Origin: Haliotis cracherodii
Taxonomy: Eukaryota
Direction: 5' to 3'
NCBI RefSeq assembly: GCF_022045235.1
Contig: NW_027266270.1
Coordinates: 28,272,001 to 28,336,000, forward strand
Length of the DNA: 64,000 nt
The translations under genes and the position numbers were made by a program. The notes below the pieces were generated by a model, which did not search any database, was not told the DNA's origin, and saw only the letters and a program-made list of their open reading frames with translations. This document shows positions 60,824 through 64,000 of this stretch, piece after piece (the first letter of the stretch is position 1; each line of letters begins with the position of its first letter).

Positions 60824-61843
60824 TCAACTGAGATTTGCTTGCGAAGAACGGCATGAGGCGCCATTGCAAGCCACGAGGCGAGACATGGCATCCAGAAGCT
60901 GGGATCTCTCCTCGGGGTGAGACTTAGCGATGTTCATCAGCTCATAGTGGTCGCGGCTCAGATCATACATCTCCTCAAAACTCTGAAAGAAACGGTGACA
61001 GTTGGCATCAGAGCACAAATACAGGCTGCGGAAATATTAAACGTCAACGCAAAAGAATATCCAGTCTCGAATATCTGCCGAGCAGATTCCATTGGGAGTA
61101 AATGGCAAAATAGTGGTGACAATTATATGAATGGAATCATATTAATATCAATAAAATGTGTGAGAATATGGTACGCTAAACACGGGATTGGGGTAAATGT
61201 TGTCAAATATGGATGTCCGAAACATTACCGCAGTGAACTGGATATGGAAAAAAGGACTAGAACGTAAGTGGTTGGTTGCGATGACTTTTGTAATGAAATA
61301 GAAACCAAATGCTAATTTACACCATCTTTTTTAGTTTAATTAGACTACAATCAGCCTAATATTATACGTCCCAAGTTACGTATCTTATAAATTCATTATC
61401 ATAAGTGTGTTCCGAAAGCATTAAAATACTTCGTAAAAATATTATTTATTTTGTCACAAATTTTTGTTGTTGCTGTATGTTGGATTGTTTAAAACACTTT
61501 CAGACAATTGACGTTTTGCTCCTGTAAGAGCATGCTTACCCTTTTCGCTAACACTTGGTGTCATCACAGATTTTCTGAGATCCATTCATAACATATAATT
61601 TTCACTACTTTTTTGTCTTTTACGCGCAATGAAATCTGTTCCGGCAGATAAACGAGACTGATTATTCTCTGCCGTTGACGTTATGAATCATACTGAAATA
61701 GCAACATGGTCCTGTCTAGGTTTTACCTCACTATCGGCGAACTGGCAGAATTTCATATTCTGTTCTCCGTCACTCCGTCTGATGCACGTGTAGGTGTTGT
61801 TCCAGGAGTCTTCACACACGCAATGGGCCCACACGGGACAGTA
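60824..61843 (-). CDS. GNS: Last two exons of a second, tandem GNS-like sulfatase (5' part outside window)
   Basis: Exon 61843-61727 (117 nt, YCPVWAHCVCEDSWNNTYTCIRRSDGEQNMKFCQFADSE) and exon 60982-60824 (SFEEMYDLSRDHYELMNIAK...CNGASCRSSQANLS*). Same boundaries and phase as exons 11-12 of the downstream gene. Confidence 0.9.
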
Positions 61844-61870
61844 CTGAATGATAATAATTATAATAATAAT

Positions 61871-64000
61871 TCTCCCAAAGAAAGGTGATTTGAATGATCC
61901 CAAAAACTTCCGCCCTGTTACTTGTCTGAATACACAATACAAACTATTTACAGGGTGTCTTACAGATCTTGTGTAACCATACTGTGCTTCCAATGACATT
62001 ATTCACATGGAGCAGAAAGCAGCAAGAAAGGGATGTTGGGGTTGCAAGGATCTATTGCTAGTTCAGAAAATGATCCTTGAAGAAGCTAAAGCTTACCAAC
62101 GTGACCTCAATGCTTATGATTCTGTGCCTCACGAATTGATTTTGAAGTCATTGGAATGGACTGACCTCCCCGAGCGACTACTTGTTTTAGTCTTTAATGA
62201 ATTGCTAGTCAACTCAACTTCAGATGTATTCGCAGGGGCAGGTAGTTACTTCGGAATCCATTTCTATGAGAAGAGGAATATTTCAGGGTTATTCTTTTAG
62301 TCCTTTGCTTTTCTGTTTGTCATAAAATTCTTTAAGCTTTTTGCTCAGCAAAAAGGAAGGTTATCATCCGGGACCTCCTCAGCACTCATCCCCAACACCC
62401 CTTACTCACCTCCTTTACATGGATGGCCTTGAACTTTTTGCCAGTGGAGGATCCACACTAAAAAACAGATTCTCTTTGTCGAGTCCTTTTCTAATGATAT
62501 TGGCATGTCCTTTGGACTCGACAAATGCAACATTCATCATCTGAAACGTGGCAAGGTAGAAGAGGGAGGATCAGTAAGTTTACTTGGGGGGGGGGGAGGG
62601 GGGGGGAGGTTGTTATTGACCATCTTCCACAACGTACTTAGGGATCCAGGTTAGGGACAAGCTCTAGAATGCCCATATCAAGGAAAGACTTTGGGCAGAG
62701 TACAAATGTAGACCTAGGGAAATCTGGAGTTCAGAGCTTAACGCTCTCAATAAAGTTAAAGCCACACACACTTATGCTATACCCATCTATTCATATTATT
62801 TTAGTGCAGTTGATTGGACGAAACATGAAATTCAGGGTACTGACACCCTCACACGAAGAATCCTGTCAGACAATACATCCCACCACCCTCGCTCTTCCCT
62901 CAATCGCGTATATTTACCAAGCATTATGGGAGGGCGTGGTTTGATAAACGTTGGGGCTCTTCATGATAGAATTGTATTAAGCACTTTTGCACACATTTAT
63001 TTGTCTGATGATCTTCTTGTGAAACATGTCACGACTCATGATGTAAACAAGGCATTCAACAGTTTTCTTAAACGAGCCAAGTATGTGGGACATACTCTCA
63101 ATGTCATTGTTGATTTTGTTGCTAGTTCTGTACTGAGTGAGTGAGTTTGGTTTTACGCCGCTTTTAGCAATATTCCAGCAATATCACGGCGGGGGACAAC
63201 AGAAATGGGCTTCGCACATTGTACCCATGTCGGGAATAGAACCCGGGTCTTCGGCGTGACGAGCGAACGCTTTAACCACTAGGCTACCCGACCGCCCCTA
63301 GTTCTGTACTGCTGGACGGTACAGAAATGAGTGTCAACCAAGCGAAGTGCCATATCAAATCGGCCCAGACTCAGGAGAGGCGACCACTGCATCGATTTTA
63401 TGTGCAGTGTGTTGAGGAGATCAGCAACCCTGCAGTGTCCTTCACATGGATGAAGTCAGCTGGCCTGAAAAGTGACACAGAAGGCTTTCTGTCAGGACCA
63501 GTCACTTCCAAACGAAACCGTCAATGTAAGATTTTGCATCAAAATGTAAATATGAAATGTAAATAATGTAATGAATTTAATGAGACTGTCCAACCCATTG
63601 TCAGCGGAAGCCCAGCTTTGGCACAAACACAGTATCACAAGCGGCCTGATGGAGTGGCTCGATCCTTTCATTACCGTCTTCGCAATGCTTGTGGTTTTGA
63701 CACAGAGGTCCATCCATGGTACGACCCGGAATATGTAGAGGGCGTCATGGAAAATGATAAATACAAAATTCTTTGGAATAGACCCGTATTCAGCCTCAGA
63801 CGTATCCAGGCCAACAAACCTGATCTTGTCATTTTTTTTATAAATCCAATGAAATAATTTATATCATTGAAATTTTCAGTCCCTTTTGACACTAATGTGA
63901 TTGACACAAGATTGAGGAAAACATAGCAAATGTGCGGACCTCGCTTTCGAAACGTCACGCATGCATCCAAAGTATCAAGTTGTCCTATTCCCCATTGTTC
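61871..64000 (+). mobile_element. 5'-truncated, decayed non-LTR retrotransposon of RLE type (R4/Dong-like)
   Basis: Frameshifted motifs PKKGDLNDPKNFRPVTCLN, AYDSVPH, RGIFQG, THLLYMD, FGLDKC, YLPSIMGGRGL, LKSDTEGF, degenerate CCHC/RHD region (YHKRPDGVA) and ANKPDLVIF restriction-like endonuclease motif. Confidence 0.85.
63136..63297 (-). mobile_element. SINE family A nested in the R4/Dong-like element
   Basis: 14-bp TSD CTAGTTCTGTACTG (63122-63135, 63298-63311). Confidence 0.9.

Overview
AT-rich, intron-containing invertebrate genomic DNA. The innexin gene and the SINE families point to a lophotrochozoan, probably a mollusc; this is inference. Genes were reconstructed by hand from splice sites and reading-frame continuity: (1) a 9-coding-exon, 401-aa cysteine/glycine-rich LIM protein (CSRP/MLP family) with FOUR LIM-Gly modules (+, 9887-17558); (2) an unrecognised spliced 82-aa charged helical protein gene (-, 30790-31308, putative non-coding first exon near 32768-32860); (3) tRNA-Arg(TCG) (-, 35104-35176); (4) a very divergent innexin with a single coding exon (-, 38422-39426); (5) a complete 12-exon, 509-aa N-acetylglucosamine-6-sulfatase-like gene (-, 47269-59068) containing a GC-AG intron; (6) the last two exons of a tandem GNS-like paralog (-, 60824-61843), whose intron holds a decayed R4/Dong-type RLE retrotransposon inserted in a (TAA)n tract. 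The rest is four SINE-like families, several MITEs, mariner and Penelope-like remnants, minisatellites, two kb-scale duplications (one with a templated insertion at its junction), a near-perfect SINE-derived 95-bp-arm hairpin and a 148-N assembly gap. No CRISPR array or prokaryotic system is present. The most novel items are the 4-LIM CSRP architecture, the orphan microprotein gene with its intronic hairpin, and the atypical innexin bracketed by inverted repeats.
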